Below are positions 63,060 through 64,000 of a stretch of DNA of 64,000 nt, one piece after another; position 1 is the first letter of the stretch; every line of letters starts with the position of its first letter. The translations under genes and the position numbers were made by a program. The notes beneath the pieces are model-generated. The model did not search any database. It was not told the origin of the DNA and was given only the letters and a program-made list of their open reading frames with translations. The DNA lies in contig JACRJN010000131.1 of the NCBI GenBank assembly GCA_016235675.1, positions 1,779 to 65,778 of the forward strand. The letters run 5' to 3'. The stretch is from Candidatus Schekmanbacteria bacterium (GTDB taxonomy: Bacteria; SZUA-182).

Positions 63060-64000
63060 ATGAAAAAAATGGGTATTAAAGTAAATTCTGCATTAATTTG
63101 CCTATTTCTGGCTGTTTTCGGCATTTTACCCCCCCCATCGTCATTTGCATCTTCATTGGCAGGCCCGCCCCCAAGTACGGAAGAATTGGCGCAAAAAGCC
63201 GATTTACTCGTGATCGGTCGTGCAACCTCAAAAGAGGCGGAATGGGATGAACAACATAATACAATCAATACATACTATCGCATTGAAGTAGAACAAATTA
63301 TCAAAGGGAAAGTTGTCCCCGATCTTGTCGTCAGATACGAAGGGGGAGAAGCGGAAGGAATGGGTACGTGGCGTTCCGATGTTAATCCGGATATATTGAA
63401 AATCGGTGACCAGGTAATTCTTTTTTTGCAGCCTGACAACCAGTACCCGTATTCTGTAACAGGTGGGGAAAATCAGTATATTAGCATTAAAAACCATAGG
63501 GTTGATTTCGGGAAGATATCTGAATTAGATCGATGGGTGGGTCAAAGAGAGGAACAAACGGTGGAGCAGTTTGTTCAAAATATCAGGGAGCGTTTGGAAC
63601 TGCCGTCTCCGATTTATATAACTCCCGCTCCTTCTAAAGAAAGACCTCAGCCCACTCCAAAGGAGCCGCCTCAGTCCGCTCAAACATCCGGGACAGCTCC
63701 CGCTGAAAAAAAAGAGGAGCTGCCTCAGTCCGCTCAAACATCCGGTACGGCTCCCGCTGAAAAAAGAGCGCAGCCGCCTTCCCCCGCTCAGAGAATGCTC
63801 ATCCCTAAGCAAGACAAATCGGATCATTTAATTCCGGATAGTCATAAGAAATTAGCTCCTTCTCCCCAAATAAGCATTAGTTCTGGTTTGCCTAACTTAA
63901 AGGCTTATGTACCCAGCGGTTGGGGGAGCGCATTGGTTGTCTCTTCGGTTTCCGGCACAAGCTATGACGGGCCTAACCTTAATAATTGTAATAACACTTA
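63060..64000 (+). CDS. Hypothetical secreted protein with proline/threonine-rich tandem repeats (3' end beyond the window)
   Basis: An ATG at 63060 follows a GGAAGGAGAG RBS. An uninterrupted frame of more than 310 codons runs to the window edge and is absent from the ORF track because it has no stop. It has a signal peptide 'MKKMGIKVNSALICLFLAVFGIL' and a tandem 'PQSAQTSGTAPAEKK' repeat. Confidence 0.6.
   Translation, partial: MKKMGIKVNSALICLFLAVFGILPPPSSFASSLAGPPPSTEELAQKADLLVIGRATSKEAEWDEQHNTINTYYRIEVEQIIKGKVVPDLVVRYEGGEAEGMGTWRSDVNPDILKIGDQVILFLQPDNQYPYSVTGGENQYISIKNHRVDFGKISELDRWVGQREEQTVEQFVQNIRERLELPSPIYITPAPSKERPQPTPKEPPQSAQTSGTAPAEKKEELPQSAQTSGTAPAEKRAQPPSPAQRMLIPKQDKSDHLIPDSHKKLAPSPQISISSGLPNLKAYVPSGWGSALVVSSVSGTSYDGPNLNNCNNT

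Noticed and set aside
1-64000. Possibility that the repeated 25-60-bp units form a CRISPR array
   Set aside because: The repeats are inverted palindromic pairs scattered singly or in small clusters. They are not regularly spaced direct repeats separated by unique spacers, and no cas genes are present.

Overview
This 64-kb window looks like chromosomal DNA from an uncultivated bacterium with roughly 48-50% GC. Four blocks are visible. (1) 1..6816 carries a partial V/A-type ATPase operon (subunits C, F, A, B) interrupted and flanked by small toxin-antitoxin-like and Uma2 endonuclease genes. (2) 6915..23798 holds housekeeping genes (rpe, rsmB, leuS, fbp, ychF, a PASTA protein, TPR proteins, a patatin-like lipase). 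(3) 25182..45500 is a ~20-kb minus-strand polysaccharide (O-antigen/EPS-like) cluster: glycosyltransferases, CapD/PglF-like dehydratase, DegT aminotransferase, PglD-like acetyltransferase, PglC-like initiating transferase, Wzx and Wzy, an acyl-ligase plus ACP, a carbamoyltransferase, two methyltransferases and an embedded exosortase/EpsI pair. (4) 45867..62660 carries a VapBC pair, two ABC exporter genes, a GGDEF protein, GspF, QueH, an RnfC/PduS-like Fe-S protein, RecJ, a six-heme cytochrome c translationally coupled to an apparently degenerate sigma-54-activator-like AAA+ protein, fmt, ubiX and a tmRNA. The tmRNA is followed by a lower-GC region with a 3'-truncated secreted repeat protein. 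The dominant unusual feature is that nearly every intergenic region holds nested palindromic elements of more than 10 sequence families. Most of these elements share one architecture: a GTAG-headed outer stem enclosing two short hairpins with 4-nt loops, which resembles REP/REPIN elements. Other families are bounded by 7-bp-periodic tandem arrays such as CACGAAG, GAGATAC and TGTCAGT. One element sits in-frame inside leuS. Another is flanked by a 47-bp duplication that split two formerly overlapping genes. Several elements extend or terminate ORFs. No CRISPR array, rRNA, tRNA, transposase or integrase gene was recognised in the window.
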